Positions 54,739 through 63,994 of a DNA stretch of 64,000 bases are shown one piece after another. Position numbers and translations under genes: made by a program. The stretch is from positions 14,706 to 78,705 of the forward strand of contig JAIFWV010000003.1 in NCBI GenBank assembly GCA_019659055.1, written 5' to 3'. The first letter of the stretch is position 1. Each line of letters begins with the position of its first letter. Under the pieces are notes generated by a model. The model was not told where the DNA came from. It did no database searches and saw only the letters and a list, made by a program, of their open reading frames with translations. The stretch comes from Candidatus Doudnabacteria bacterium. GTDB lineage: Bacteria > Patescibacteriota > Doudnabacteria > UBA920 > O2-02-FULL-48-8.

Positions 54739-55674
54739 CTACCCGCGATGCGGAACCTTGCGGAACATCTCCGGCTGCAGCGGGAGGATGAAGGAAAACC
54801 GGTAATCCCCTTGCATGCGGCCAATCGGGATGCCGACTAAGTCGCCTTCCTGATCTAAGACTCCCCCGCCTGAGACTCCAGGGTGTCCGTCAGTTAAGCA
54901 GGTGACCAGTCCGTTTGGGGTTTTTTGGCCCACATATCCGCTGGCCAGGATAATCCCCTTGGAATAATCGTTCCCCAGCCGGAAAATCGGATCGACAGAG
55001 TCAAAGGCATAAGCCAGGTCAATTGTGAGGGGAGGTAAATCTAGAGATTCGCGGACCTTCAAGATTGCCCAGTCACCTGGATCGACCTCTGCCTGAGCCT
55101 CACCTGCATCGACAAGCCGTGCCAGGAGCTTGCGGCCCTTGTAGCTGATCTGGATGGACTGAACGTGACGCGGATTCGTGAGACCTTCTTGGCCCAAGGC
55201 GACCACCGCGTGTTTGACGGTAATAAAGTACCCATTCCCAAGGTACCCTGCGGTCCCGTAGTTACTCGCGCCCTGATCGTCGTAAGCATCGAGTTCGACG
55301 AAACTTTTTGCGCGACTGCGCAAGAGGCTCAAGGGAACAAGTCCCATCTCTCGAGCGAAGTCTTGCTTGAACTGCGCTTGTTGTCCTGCGGTGTCGGGCA
55401 CTCGAATGGATGTTCGGACTTGGCTCAACTCCATCTCTAGCGCCGCCATCGCGGTGTTCAGCTTGGCAAACTTCTGGTCTTCCTCGCGCTTGTTGTAAAC
55501 CGAAGTCGCGTAGCACGCCGTCAAGACGACAAGCGTCATGGTCATGATTCGATGGACCCACTTCACCGAAGTGCGGCGATCCGCGGACGTCGTTCTGTTG
55601 TCCTGGCTCTTTTCTTTTGTGAAAGGAAAAGAGGAGCCAAGAGAACGACCCCATGTCAGCAACAATGTTCTCAT
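54739..55674 (-). CDS. Trypsin-like (S1) serine protease, membrane-anchored
   Basis: GHPGVSGGGVLDQEGDLVGIP (GDSGGP-like) with an N-terminal TM helix. Confidence 0.6.
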   Translation of the reverse strand: MRTLLLTWGRSLGSSFPFTKEKSQDNRTTSADRRTSVKWVHRIMTMTLVVLTACYATSVYNKREEDQKFAKLNTAMAALEMELSQVRTSIRVPDTAGQQAQFKQDFAREMGLVPLSLLRSRAKSFVELDAYDDQGASNYGTAGYLGNGYFITVKHAVVALGQEGLTNPRHVQSIQISYKGRKLLARLVDAGEAQAEVDPGDWAILKVRESLDLPPLTIDLAYAFDSVDPIFRLGNDYSKGIILASGYVGQKTPNGLVTCLTDGHPGVSGGGVLDQEGDLVGIPIGRMQGDYRFSFILPLQPEMFRKVPHRG

Positions 55675-55775
55675 GATCTCCTCCTCTGGAAATCTCTATG
55701 TGTACGTTGTCTAGATCATAGAGCAATTAAAAAGCTCCGTCAAAGTCAGGCGGAGCTTCCATCTCGAGAATTTAT

Positions 55776-56858
55776 CTACCTCAGATATTTTTGGCGGTTG
55801 AGATTATGCTCTTCCAAAGTTTTGGCAAAGTAAGCAGTGCCATCTGGTGCATTCAAAAAATAAATATAATCTGTGTCTGCAGGATTGATCGCCGCGCGCA
55901 AAGACCCGAGTCCGGGATTTGAGATGGGAGCCGGCGGCAAACCTCTGACTTGGTAAGTATTGTACGGAGATTTTATTTTGGTGTCCGCAATCGTTACCGA
56001 GCGGTCGGTTTTTCCGGTGATGTAATTGACAGTCGCATCCGATTCCAGCGCCATACCGATTGAGAGTCGATTATAAAAAACAGAGGCCACGAGTTCCCGC
56101 TCTCTTTGCATCTGTGCAATATCGTCTGCGGTCAGCGAGGAAGTATTTCGCCCGACTTCTTTTTCGATGATCGAAGCCAAGATGACCGTGTTCTTGATAT
56201 TGAGATTTTTGTCGGCGATATCTTTCTCCAGTTCGTCGGAGATCTTGGATTCAAAGTTGGCAAGCATCTTCTGGATCAACTGTTGGGCAGTTGCATCTTT
56301 GGCAACAACATAAGTATCCGGAAACAAAAATCCTTGGTAACTCATAGGCTTGGCGATATCGTTGTATTTGAAAACAAAATTTCCCGAGGCGAGAGCGCCG
56401 GTGAAATCCCTGCTCGAAACTATATTGCGGCTCTCAAGGTCCGCCGCGATCTGTTTGTTACTGCGGCCCTCAATAATAGTCACCTTCCTGTCATTGGATA
56501 TGACTTTGCCGGCGGTCAGCACGTCCACAATCTCAGCGATACTCATGTCGCGATCCAGGACATAATTCCCGGCCTGGATTTTATCTCCGGCTTGGTGGAG
56601 TTTGACATAAAGAACAAACGACCAATATGAATTTATAATTTTCTGGTCGGATAGCGCGCGCCCGATCGCACGCGTAGAGGCGCCTTTGGCTACTGTAAAG
56701 CTCGTGGGCACAGAATCAGAAGAGGCCGCTTGATTTACTTTGGTGTAAAAGTAGGCCCCCACGGTGAGGAGGACCACGAACCCAAGTGAGATAACCAAAG
56801 TAATTATCCGGCCGAGGCTGCGCTTGGATTCTTCGATGTGAAATTCAGGATTTATCAT
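55776..56858 (-). CDS. mltG: Endolytic murein transglycosylase MltG (YceG family)
   Basis: N-terminal TM helix, YceG-like domain with a LysM-like segment and a conserved C-terminal region. Confidence 0.8.
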   Translation of the reverse strand: MINPEFHIEESKRSLGRIITLVISLGFVVLLTVGAYFYTKVNQAASSDSVPTSFTVAKGASTRAIGRALSDQKIINSYWSFVLYVKLHQAGDKIQAGNYVLDRDMSIAEIVDVLTAGKVISNDRKVTIIEGRSNKQIAADLESRNIVSSRDFTGALASGNFVFKYNDIAKPMSYQGFLFPDTYVVAKDATAQQLIQKMLANFESKISDELEKDIADKNLNIKNTVILASIIEKEVGRNTSSLTADDIAQMQRERELVASVFYNRLSIGMALESDATVNYITGKTDRSVTIADTKIKSPYNTYQVRGLPPAPISNPGLGSLRAAINPADTDYIYFLNAPDGTAYFAKTLEEHNLNRQKYLR

Positions 56859-57056
56859 GCAGGTATTATTGCAAATAAAATTGCTTTAGTAAATCAGGCA
56901 GAAAAAACGCGCCCTCTTTACAAAGTCGGAAAAATCTGCTATAATATCTATATAAGTTAGATTCTTACGAGAAACAAAAACAAAATTTAGTTAAAAGCAA
57001 TTTAATAGAGAGCATAAAGTTCTTTATTTTTTATTGCTCCAGCAGCAAAAACAAAA

Positions 57057-57530
57057 ATGCTAATGAAATTAAAGCTTGGTTTCCTTTTGATTGCGGTGAT
57101 GCTCCTGACGGGGTTTAGCCATTCCCTACCTTCCATTTCACTGGAAGGGATTATGGGTATCGTCAACGCCGACCGGCAGTCCCAAGGCTTGCCCGAGCTT
57201 TCATTGAACCCAACTTTGAATCGTGCCGCTTTGGCCAAAGCCGAAGACATGATCAGCAACCACTACTTCGCTCACACTTCCCCGGAAGGCGTGGCGCCTT
57301 GGTACTGGATCAAGACCTTGGGTTACAATTATTCGTTTGCCGGAGAAAATTTGGCAATCGGATACCAGAATACTTCGGAGCTTGTCGATTCGTGGATGGA
57401 TTCACCCGCCCACCGAGCCAATATCCTCTCCCCCAACTATGAAGACATGGGACTTGCAGTGATCAAATCTCAGAACTCCACACTCGTAGTCCAAATGTTT
57501 GGCTCACCACACAAACTGACACAGAAGTAG
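57057..57530 (+). CDS. CAP/SCP/PR-1-domain secreted protein
   Basis: Signal peptide followed by HYFAHTSPEG...GENLA...HRANIL CAP motifs. Confidence 0.7.
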   Translation: MLMKLKLGFLLIAVMLLTGFSHSLPSISLEGIMGIVNADRQSQGLPELSLNPTLNRAALAKAEDMISNHYFAHTSPEGVAPWYWIKTLGYNYSFAGENLAIGYQNTSELVDSWMDSPAHRANILSPNYEDMGLAVIKSQNSTLVVQMFGSPHKLTQK

Positions 57531-57682
57531 AATTTAGAAGCTAGAAATAATATTGAGGTTTAACACCTGCTTGTCGTGAGCAGGTTTTTTTATCTACGAA
57601 ATACGAAATGGCGAAACTACGAACCCAAGTTGACCGCGATACTTTGAGATGCTAAATTACACTCACTCCAAGGAGGAACAAC

Positions 57683-58255
57683 ATGGATTATGAGACTTGC
57701 GCTTTTGAGTTCCCAGATGACGTCAAGACCCGTATCGAGATCGTAAACCAGATCCCCAATGATTGGTCTTGGGTCGATGGCCAGTTGCAAGCACTCGGTC
57801 TTGTGCAATCGGTTTGCCGCGGCAGTGCTCTGAAGGTCAGCCGTTTCCATTCGATTCATCCGACGATCGCTAACATGAACCGGAATGAAGACGACAAGAT
57901 CCAGCGCGATCGCGATCGTGAAATTTTTGAGAACATCTATCTGAATCGACAGCTCCCGGAATTCATCCTGTTCGATGAGGCGGGTTTCTCCCAGCCGCTC
58001 ACGCTTGAGTTTGCAAAAAAAATCGCAACTCATTTTTTGCAGCTGGGGTACAACCAAGGGAACCTTGAGTTCTTCCGTGGATATCGCAACGACAACAAGT
58101 TTGACAATGCAGTGCGATGCCAGATCTTACTCAACGATTGGACACCTCCTGCTGTCGTTGTGAGATGGCAACCGCACGGTAAGGCTATCGCAAAATCTCT
58201 CATCGACTCATTCTCATCGAAACTCAATCCGCTCCAGGTCGCCATTCCAGTTTAA
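57683..58255 (+). CDS. Hypothetical protein (190 aa)
   Basis: Strong AAGGAGGAACAACATG and a canonical terminator. No family recognised. Confidence 0.5.
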   Translation: MDYETCAFEFPDDVKTRIEIVNQIPNDWSWVDGQLQALGLVQSVCRGSALKVSRFHSIHPTIANMNRNEDDKIQRDRDREIFENIYLNRQLPEFILFDEAGFSQPLTLEFAKKIATHFLQLGYNQGNLEFFRGYRNDNKFDNAVRCQILLNDWTPPAVVVRWQPHGKAIAKSLIDSFSSKLNPLQVAIPV

Positions 58256-58260
58256 TCACT

Positions 58261-58301
58261 TTCCGCTCCGCGTTCTCAAAACGCCGAGCGGAATTTTTTT
58301 T
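58261..58301 (+). terminator. Intrinsic terminator (TTCCGCTCCGCGTT/ACGCCGAGCGGAA plus T8)
   Basis: 13-bp stem with one mismatch, followed by T8. Confidence 0.8.
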
Positions 58302-58304
58302 AAT

Positions 58305-58336
58305 AAAAAATCCCTGCGTAAAAATGCTACGCAGAG
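58305..58336 (-). terminator. Intrinsic terminator for the convergent 58350..58895 gene
   Basis: Stem CTGCGTA/TACGCAG with a U-run on the minus-strand RNA. Confidence 0.55.
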
Positions 58337-58349
58337 ATTTTCAAAAATT

Positions 58350-58895
58350 CTATTTGTTCAGAGTGATCTCGAGCCAGCCTTCAAAATTCCGATTGAGAAT
58401 ACCGTCGCGATACTCCTTCGAATAAATTTTACCATCCGTGGAAAGGAAGGTTAAATTTTTCGTTTTCGTGGATTTGGTTTCGAATCCCACATCCACGCCG
58501 AGTATCTCGCGGCAATCTTCCGGCAGACGCAAGTTCACCGGCTCCCCTGTCCAACGCGACAGTGCACGCGTGCGCAAAAATGATTCGTCTTCGTTTGCGG
58601 GCACCCAGCGAATAATCCCCTCGAGCGGACTTACGTCTCTGAACTCCTGGGTGTAAACGTAACCGTCGGCGGCGAGATACGTGATGTCCTTGTCAGTCGA
58701 ACCGTCGTTCTTGTCGAAACTGATGCTGATAAATTTCTGGCCATGCGCTACCGACAAAGCCTGCCGGTGATCGCGCCCCAAATAGCGACTCGGCGTCCGG
58801 CCGCAAGAAATCGAGACCAGAACTGCCACCATCATGCACCAACGAGCTTGTCTCATGGACCAAATCCTCCTTTTTGTCCCCTTAGGACACCTCAA
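58350..58895 (-). CDS. Putative lipoprotein with an internal tandem duplication
   Basis: Lipobox-like VLVSISC-G. The motif DG(Y/K)(V/I)Y(T/S)(Q/K)E(F/Y)RD occurs twice. Confidence 0.4.
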   Translation of the reverse strand: MRCPKGTKRRIWSMRQARWCMMVAVLVSISCGRTPSRYLGRDHRQALSVAHGQKFISISFDKNDGSTDKDITYLAADGYVYTQEFRDVSPLEGIIRWVPANEDESFLRTRALSRWTGEPVNLRLPEDCREILGVDVGFETKSTKTKNLTFLSTDGKIYSKEYRDGILNRNFEGWLEITLNK

Positions 58896-58979
58896 TATAG
58901 CATATTGGCGCGTTTGCGCAACATAAAAACCCAGCCTTTGATGGCTGGGTTTTATTCGAATAGAAATATTTGTTTGTAC

Positions 58980-59660
58980 TTATTTCATGCGGATATCGCG
59001 TTCGATCTTATCGAGTGCGCGTGAAGCGTGTTCACGTCCACCCATACCGAATGCCAGTCCTCCGGCGATTGCGATCATCGCAATAATGCCCGTGAACAAT
59101 GTCTGCACGAATGCTGTCGCGACCTTGAGCTGAGCCAATGTCGCCAAAATGGTGAAAACCATGATGGACCATTGAGTCACTGTGGCCAAGAGATCAGACG
59201 AAGCAAGCCCTGCGGCCTGGACCGAGTGCTTGACCAGGCGGGACAAAAATCCTGCCAAGACTGTACCGACGAGCAAAATTGCAGCGCCGGCGATGACGTT
59301 CGGGATATAAAGCAGAACGTCGTTGAGGAAGTCGGAAACCTGGTTTAGATTGAGAATATTGGCAGCTGCCAAGAAAATCGCAATCAAAATGAACCATTTG
59401 ATAAGCCAGGCAATGGTGCCGGAGATCGAAAGTCTCACTCCGGTGCGGGCGGAAGCCTGCGAAAGCCCGAGCCTATCGCCGATCTCATCAATCTTCACCG
59501 AGTGCAAAACCTGCTTTACGAGTCTTGCGATAGCTTCTGCCACTATCCAGCCGACGACCAAAATTATGACCGCGACGAGGAAATTCGGCAAAAAGTTTAT
59601 AAAACGTGCATAGACATCCTGTAAGGAAGATTGAACCGGTGTTAAATAGTTGTTATTCAT
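58980..59660 (-). CDS. Polytopic membrane protein with repeated TM-helix motifs
   Basis: AAAGGGGTGA then ATG at 59660 (MNNNYLTPVQ...). Three similar helix repeats (LVxAIIxLVVGWIVA and relatives). Confidence 0.45.
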   Translation of the reverse strand: MNNNYLTPVQSSLQDVYARFINFLPNFLVAVIILVVGWIVAEAIARLVKQVLHSVKIDEIGDRLGLSQASARTGVRLSISGTIAWLIKWFILIAIFLAAANILNLNQVSDFLNDVLLYIPNVIAGAAILLVGTVLAGFLSRLVKHSVQAAGLASSDLLATVTQWSIMVFTILATLAQLKVATAFVQTLFTGIIAMIAIAGGLAFGMGGREHASRALDKIERDIRMK

Positions 59661-59988
59661 AAATATCACCCCTTTCTGTGATCCTAACCCGCAAAGGATA
59701 GGATCGTGGTCTAAAAAATAGACCCCTCGACCTTTAATACAGTTTTCCAAATTGCGTAACCTCACCAAATATGGTGCTAGACTTCTTGGAACCAGTCTAG
59801 AGAAGTATCCTCAAGTGCTTAAGAACACGTCTATAGAGTGGTTGATATCCACAATGCAAAATTAATTTAAAGAAAAAGCCACTATCCTCGCAATACGAGG
59901 CCTAGTGGCACATGTGCAAAATTGCTATGTGTGTTATTTCCATTCTACACACATTATGGCACATAACTTTTTCTATGTCAAGCTTTTA

Positions 59989-60474
59989 TTATAAATCCTT
60001 CCGCAAAAAGCTATCAACGCTAAAATATTTTCCAGCGTGGAATGCATCCAAAACCAAATACCCTGCCGCGTAGATGATGTGATCATCCACTATGAACGCA
60101 TGGGTGTCGGATGTGATGTGCGGAAACTTAAGACCCGGAAAATAATAAAGAATCATCATAAGCGCCCCGGCGCGGGCCGCCCATTTGGTGTATGTCCCGG
60201 TGATTAACCCGACTCCGATGGCTATTTGGCCCCAGACATTGAGGAAATTCACTATTTTGATGATTCCGTCTGCGGCTAAAGCTTTATAAAGCCCCGGAAA
60301 CGTCGATGCGTGCGTAAGGAAACCAGCCGCCGTAAACGGCGGATGACTGGTGAGTTTCTGCCAACCGGCATAGAGCAATAACCAGCCCAAAACCAGCCTT
60401 AAGACCAATAACACTATTTTTTTGTAATTCATTGTAGTTTTATTTCTTTTGTGCGAACACGACCTTTTAATCAT
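59989..60474 (-). CDS. DoxX-family membrane protein
   Basis: LVLRLVLGWLLLYAGWQKL is the DoxX hallmark. Confidence 0.65.
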   Translation of the reverse strand: MIKRSCSHKRNKTTMNYKKIVLLVLRLVLGWLLLYAGWQKLTSHPPFTAAGFLTHASTFPGLYKALAADGIIKIVNFLNVWGQIAIGVGLITGTYTKWAARAGALMMILYYFPGLKFPHITSDTHAFIVDDHIIYAAGYLVLDAFHAGKYFSVDSFLRKDL

Positions 60475-60883
60475 TATAACCTAAGTATGAGATAGAAAAC
60501 AGTAGCAAAGTAGTAATTGCCGAGCCAAAGCAATAGATGCAGACCGAATGGATGACGAAAATCTGCAAGTACACAAATCCGACTGATGCCAAAAGCCCAA
60601 GCGTGGTGATGTATTTCATGTGCCGGACTGTGCTTTGCCGCATATGCTGGAGAAACCACCCGGCAAGCCCTACCAACAGGGCATAATACCCTGCTCCGAC
60701 CAAGGCCACTGGAATCGGGCCTATGTGGGCGTACTTACTCCCCAAAACCTCGTTACAGCCAGACAAGACCGAACACGTTACCTGCGAGTGCAGGAGGTCT
60801 TTGGCGGTAAGATACACAGCATCCATGAGCCCGACTACCGCTAGCACCAGGAATATCACCCCCAACCATCGTTTGGCGCTCAT
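60467..60883 (-). CDS. Vitamin K epoxide reductase (VKOR) family protein
   Basis: Loop Cys pair CSVLSGC and active-site CIYCFGS in a 4-TM topology. Confidence 0.75.
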   Translation of the reverse strand: MSAKRWLGVIFLVLAVVGLMDAVYLTAKDLLHSQVTCSVLSGCNEVLGSKYAHIGPIPVALVGAGYYALLVGLAGWFLQHMRQSTVRHMKYITTLGLLASVGFVYLQIFVIHSVCIYCFGSAITTLLLFSISYLGYND

Positions 60884-61566
60884 TTGCTTAATTCTCGATC
60901 AATGACGTGTTTGAAACCGTCGTATCCTCGAGGATTGTCGATGAGTTTGCCATTGAGGGCAAAGGTCGGAGTATGATCAAGCGTAAGCCCGATAGCCGTG
61001 TCATAGTTGGAACTAATTTGGGCTTGAATCGCTGGCGAAAGAAGATCTTTCTTAAACTGTTCAACATCCATCCCCAGGCTTTGCGCAAATCCTGCATAGA
61101 TTTCCGCGGCATTGGGTTTATCAGCCCATTGCGACTGATTGGTATAGAGGAGATCGTGCATTTCCCAGAACTTCCCCTGCTTACCTGCGGCTTCGGCCGC
61201 GGCCGCGGCAATCATGGCCGTGGAATGGATCGTTTTGAGAGGATAATTGCGATAAACCAAAGCGATCTTACCTTGGTATTCGGAGACAAGCTGTTTGAGC
61301 AGAGGATCCACGGCTTGGCAGGATGGGCACTGGAAATCAGCGTATTCTATAATTTGAACCGGAGCTTCCCGATTACCCAAAACTTTATCTGAAGCACTGA
61401 GTGCCGGGACTTGCCCGATTGTCTGCAGAGAAGGCTCGGATGACTGGGCCAGCTTGACCACTCCCCAAATCCCGCCGGCAACAGCCAAGACAGCGGAGAG
61501 CCAAATTATAATTGTTTTGTTTCGGATCCGGCGACGTTCCTGAAATGTAAGATATTGTGTTTGCAT
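60880..61566 (-). CDS. DsbA-like thioredoxin-fold thiol:disulfide oxidoreductase
   Basis: N-terminal anchor, CPSC active site (ADFQCPSCQAV). Overlaps VKOR by ATGA. Confidence 0.8.
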   Translation of the reverse strand: MQTQYLTFQERRRIRNKTIIIWLSAVLAVAGGIWGVVKLAQSSEPSLQTIGQVPALSASDKVLGNREAPVQIIEYADFQCPSCQAVDPLLKQLVSEYQGKIALVYRNYPLKTIHSTAMIAAAAAEAAGKQGKFWEMHDLLYTNQSQWADKPNAAEIYAGFAQSLGMDVEQFKKDLLSPAIQAQISSNYDTAIGLTLDHTPTFALNGKLIDNPRGYDGFKHVIDRELSK

Positions 61567-61614
61567 AGAAAAAGACCTTTCGATTAAGATTAAGTACGCA
61601 AAATTTGCGCAATC

Positions 61615-61980
61615 CTAAACCAAAGGGTCTGAGGTCTGGTGCAAAGTAAGCCAGCGGGAAATCCGCTGTTTGTAGTTTGAATCCGAGAGGCCTGGACTCA
61701 AACGGAAACTCAAAACAACTCGGTCGAGTAAAACAACGCTCACAAACAATAACCCAAAGAATAACAAGACGCCTAGTATGATTGTCAGGAGGGTTTGCGA
61801 GAACCCTTGATAAAGTTTGACGTGCAGAAGACCAATAGCAAACGTTTCTGGGCAGGCTCCACCGACCCCGGCCAAAGCCTTGGCGCAATGCATAAACGCG
61901 CCTTGGGACAGAAGACCGCTAAATCCCAGAATTGCGACAGCAAAGAAACTTATTAATGCAATCAATGCCAAGTATTTCAT
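61615..61980 (-). CDS. Small membrane protein with conserved Cys pair (121 aa)
   Basis: HCAKAL...GGACPE sits between TM helices. It lies adjacent to the DsbA/VKOR genes. Confidence 0.4.
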   Translation of the reverse strand: MKYLALIALISFFAVAILGFSGLLSQGAFMHCAKALAGVGGACPETFAIGLLHVKLYQGFSQTLLTIILGVLLFFGLLFVSVVLLDRVVLSFRLSPGLSDSNYKQRISRWLTLHQTSDPLV

Positions 61981-62169
61981 ACATAAATCATAGCATTAGC
62001 CTATTTTTAGTCAATAAAGTTAGAATCTAGAATCTAGGAAGCTGGGAATAAACCAGGCTGCGGCCTGGTTTTTGGTTTAATGCGACCGTTGAAAAAATTT
62101 AGTCGAAATCTGACGCGAGCATATATCCATTGCGAGGAGCCGCAACTCTTAAGCATTTAACTCCGCGGC

Positions 62170-62248
62170 GACGCGGCAATCTTTTTAAGAGAGATCGCCA
62201 CGCGGCCTACTAGATTTAAGCTTAAGCAAACGGCCGCTCGCGATGGAC
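62170..62248. repeat. Intergenic repeat family B copy (about 80 nt)
   Basis: GACGCGGCAATCTTTTTAAGAGAGATCGCCACGCGGCCTACTAGATTTAAGCTTAAGCAAACGGCCGCTCGCGATGGACA. It is near-identical to 63510-63589. The internal inverted repeat is ATCGCCACGCGGCC/GGCCGCTCGCGAT. Confidence 0.7.
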
Positions 62249-62285
62249 AAATACGACACAAATGGTGACATAATTAGTCAATAAA

Positions 62286-62315
62286 AAACCCACCTTCTCT
62301 CAGGTGGGTTTTTTG
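62286..62315. terminator. Bidirectional intrinsic terminator downstream of hup
   Basis: AAAAAACCCACCT-TCTCTC-AGGTGGGTTTTTT. Confidence 0.75.
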
Positions 62316-62327
62316 GGATTTCTAGAT

Positions 62328-62612
62328 TTAGAGGATAGAATCCTTAGCGGCTTTGGCAACTCGGAACTTTACCACGGTCTTGGCCGGGATTTTGATCTGT
62401 TCGCCAGTGGCTGGGTTGCGTCCCATGCGGGCATCTCGGTGCTTTTTGAGCAATTTGCCCAAACCTGGAATTGTAAATTCACCGCTCTTTTTAGCTTCTT
62501 CATAAGCTAAATTCACTACTACATCCAGGAACTCAGCTACTTCTTTGCGTGACTTGCCAGTCTTTTCGGCAACCGCATTGAGTACCTCGGATTTGGTCAT
62601 ACCTTTGGCCAT
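62328..62612 (-). CDS. hup: Nucleoid-associated DNA-binding protein HU
   Basis: MAKGMTKSEVLNAVAEKTGKSRKEVAEFLD with the RNPATGEQIKIPAKTVVKF arm. Confidence 0.9.
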   Translation of the reverse strand: MAKGMTKSEVLNAVAEKTGKSRKEVAEFLDVVVNLAYEEAKKSGEFTIPGLGKLLKKHRDARMGRNPATGEQIKIPAKTVVKFRVAKAAKDSIL

Positions 62613-62797
62613 ATTAGGTCCTTTTTATCCCCAAAAAGTGAGATCTTTGGGGAAACCTTAAGAATTATTAACAATCTAAAACTAAGTATAACAAAACCCT
62701 AATAAAAACGCCAGTTTTATTTTACAGATTCTCAAGGAGTGGGTAATTTGACTTCTCGCCCGGATAAACATTAGAGTATGGGGGCAAGGAGGATTTT

Positions 62798-63265
62798 GTG
62801 AATACTTTAATTTTGACAGCGTTGTTACTGCAGTCCCCTGCGGTCTCTTCCGAACCTCGAATCCCGGTGAACGCAATGAATCCTCAGGTCAGCGATCATC
62901 TTCTGAAAGAAATCGCCAAAGGCAAGGATCAGGACGATCCGGGTAAGGTCATCTTGCTGTGGATCAAGGCGGACGCAGGCGCTCTCGGCGACCAAGACCG
63001 CGCGACCCTTATCGTGCTTGCCAATCGCAAAGCCACTCGGAGTATTCTGGCGGACAAAGACCTCTACCTCACGCTCTTTGCGGCCAAAATCCTCCAGCTC
63101 GATGAAAAAAGACAAGCCGAAGCCAAGGCCCTAGAACTAGAAAGACAGCGCGAGGCCGAACGCAACAATGCTGATGATAAATTCCACCGCGACCTGCTGG
63201 AGCAGATCGAGCAACTCAAAAAAGAAATCGAACAACTCAAGAAAAACCACGCCGGATCATCGTGA
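62798..63265 (+). CDS. Secreted protein with a C-terminal coiled coil (155 aa)
   Basis: Signal peptide. C-terminal repeats EQIEQLKKEIEQLKK. Confidence 0.45.
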   Translation: MNTLILTALLLQSPAVSSEPRIPVNAMNPQVSDHLLKEIAKGKDQDDPGKVILLWIKADAGALGDQDRATLIVLANRKATRSILADKDLYLTLFAAKILQLDEKRQAEAKALELERQREAERNNADDKFHRDLLEQIEQLKKEIEQLKKNHAGSS

Positions 63266-63315
63266 TCCCGCGTGGTTTCTATTTGCCCGACTATTTGAAT
63301 GTAAGGGTATTTTGG

Positions 63316-63378
63316 TCCCATTTCGAGTGGAGCGAGAAATCGCTTCTAAAGAGTGATCTCTCCCTCTGGTCGAGATGG
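63316..63378. repeat. Intergenic repeat family A copy
   Basis: CCCATTTCGAGTGGAGCGAGAAATCGCTTCTAAAGAGTGATCTCTCCCTCTGGTCGAGATGG. Termini pair, and an internal GNRA hairpin AGCGA-GAAA-TCGCT is present. Confidence 0.65.
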
Positions 63379-63509
63379 AAACCAAAACAAGGCTGCGGCT
63401 TGGTCGTGGTCCTCCCGACACTCGGAAAATGTCGTCGGAATTTGAAGCGCAGTCTACCATTGCGAGGAGTCCCGCCAACCGCAGAAAAAATAAATAGCCG
63501 AGGCGGGAC

Positions 63510-63589
63510 GACGCGGCAATCTTTTTAAGAGAGATCGCCACGCGGCCTACTAGGTTTAAGCTTAAGCAAACGGCCGCTCGCGATGGACA
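63510..63589. repeat. Intergenic repeat family B copy
   Basis: About 97 % identical to 62170-62248. A shared CCATTGCGAGGAG box lies upstream (63457-63469 here, 62127-62139 in the other copy). Confidence 0.7.
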
Positions 63590-63616
63590 GATAGGCAAAA
63601 GGTGGCAAAGATAAGA

Positions 63617-63994
63617 TTAAAAACCTAGTTTTTCTTTAACAATTATAACTTTGACATTCCGAGTACTCTGAGGGCTTTCTTTATGAAAGATCAAAGTCTT
63701 TGATCGGGTCGTATGGACGCCGTAGACTTGCAACAATCTCTCATCCTCCAGCCCCACGACATAGTTTTCCAAGCGTTCAAAAGCAGATTTAAGATCAGCT
63801 ACGATCTTCTGGGCTCCCACCACAAAAATAAGATTTGGCGAAGTAAACGCAATGTGCGGCAATTGACTCCCGGTATTGCTGGCAATCACCATCTCGCCCT
63901 CTTGGGTGAGCGCATGGACACTGCCCAGATAATAATCCGAGAGGATCCCGGATTTACGCAATTGGGCCCGCTTCTCTGGATCAGTTTCCGCCAA
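63617..63994 (-). CDS. LUD/YkgG-like domain protein (partial; may extend beyond the window end)
   Basis: 125 aa visible. The segment VVGAQKIVADLKSAFERL is compatible with a LUD domain. Confidence 0.3.
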   Translation of the reverse strand: MAETDPEKRAQLRKSGILSDYYLGSVHALTQEGEMVIASNTGSQLPHIAFTSPNLIFVVGAQKIVADLKSAFERLENYVVGLEDERLLQVYGVHTTRSKTLIFHKESPQSTRNVKVIIVKEKLGF

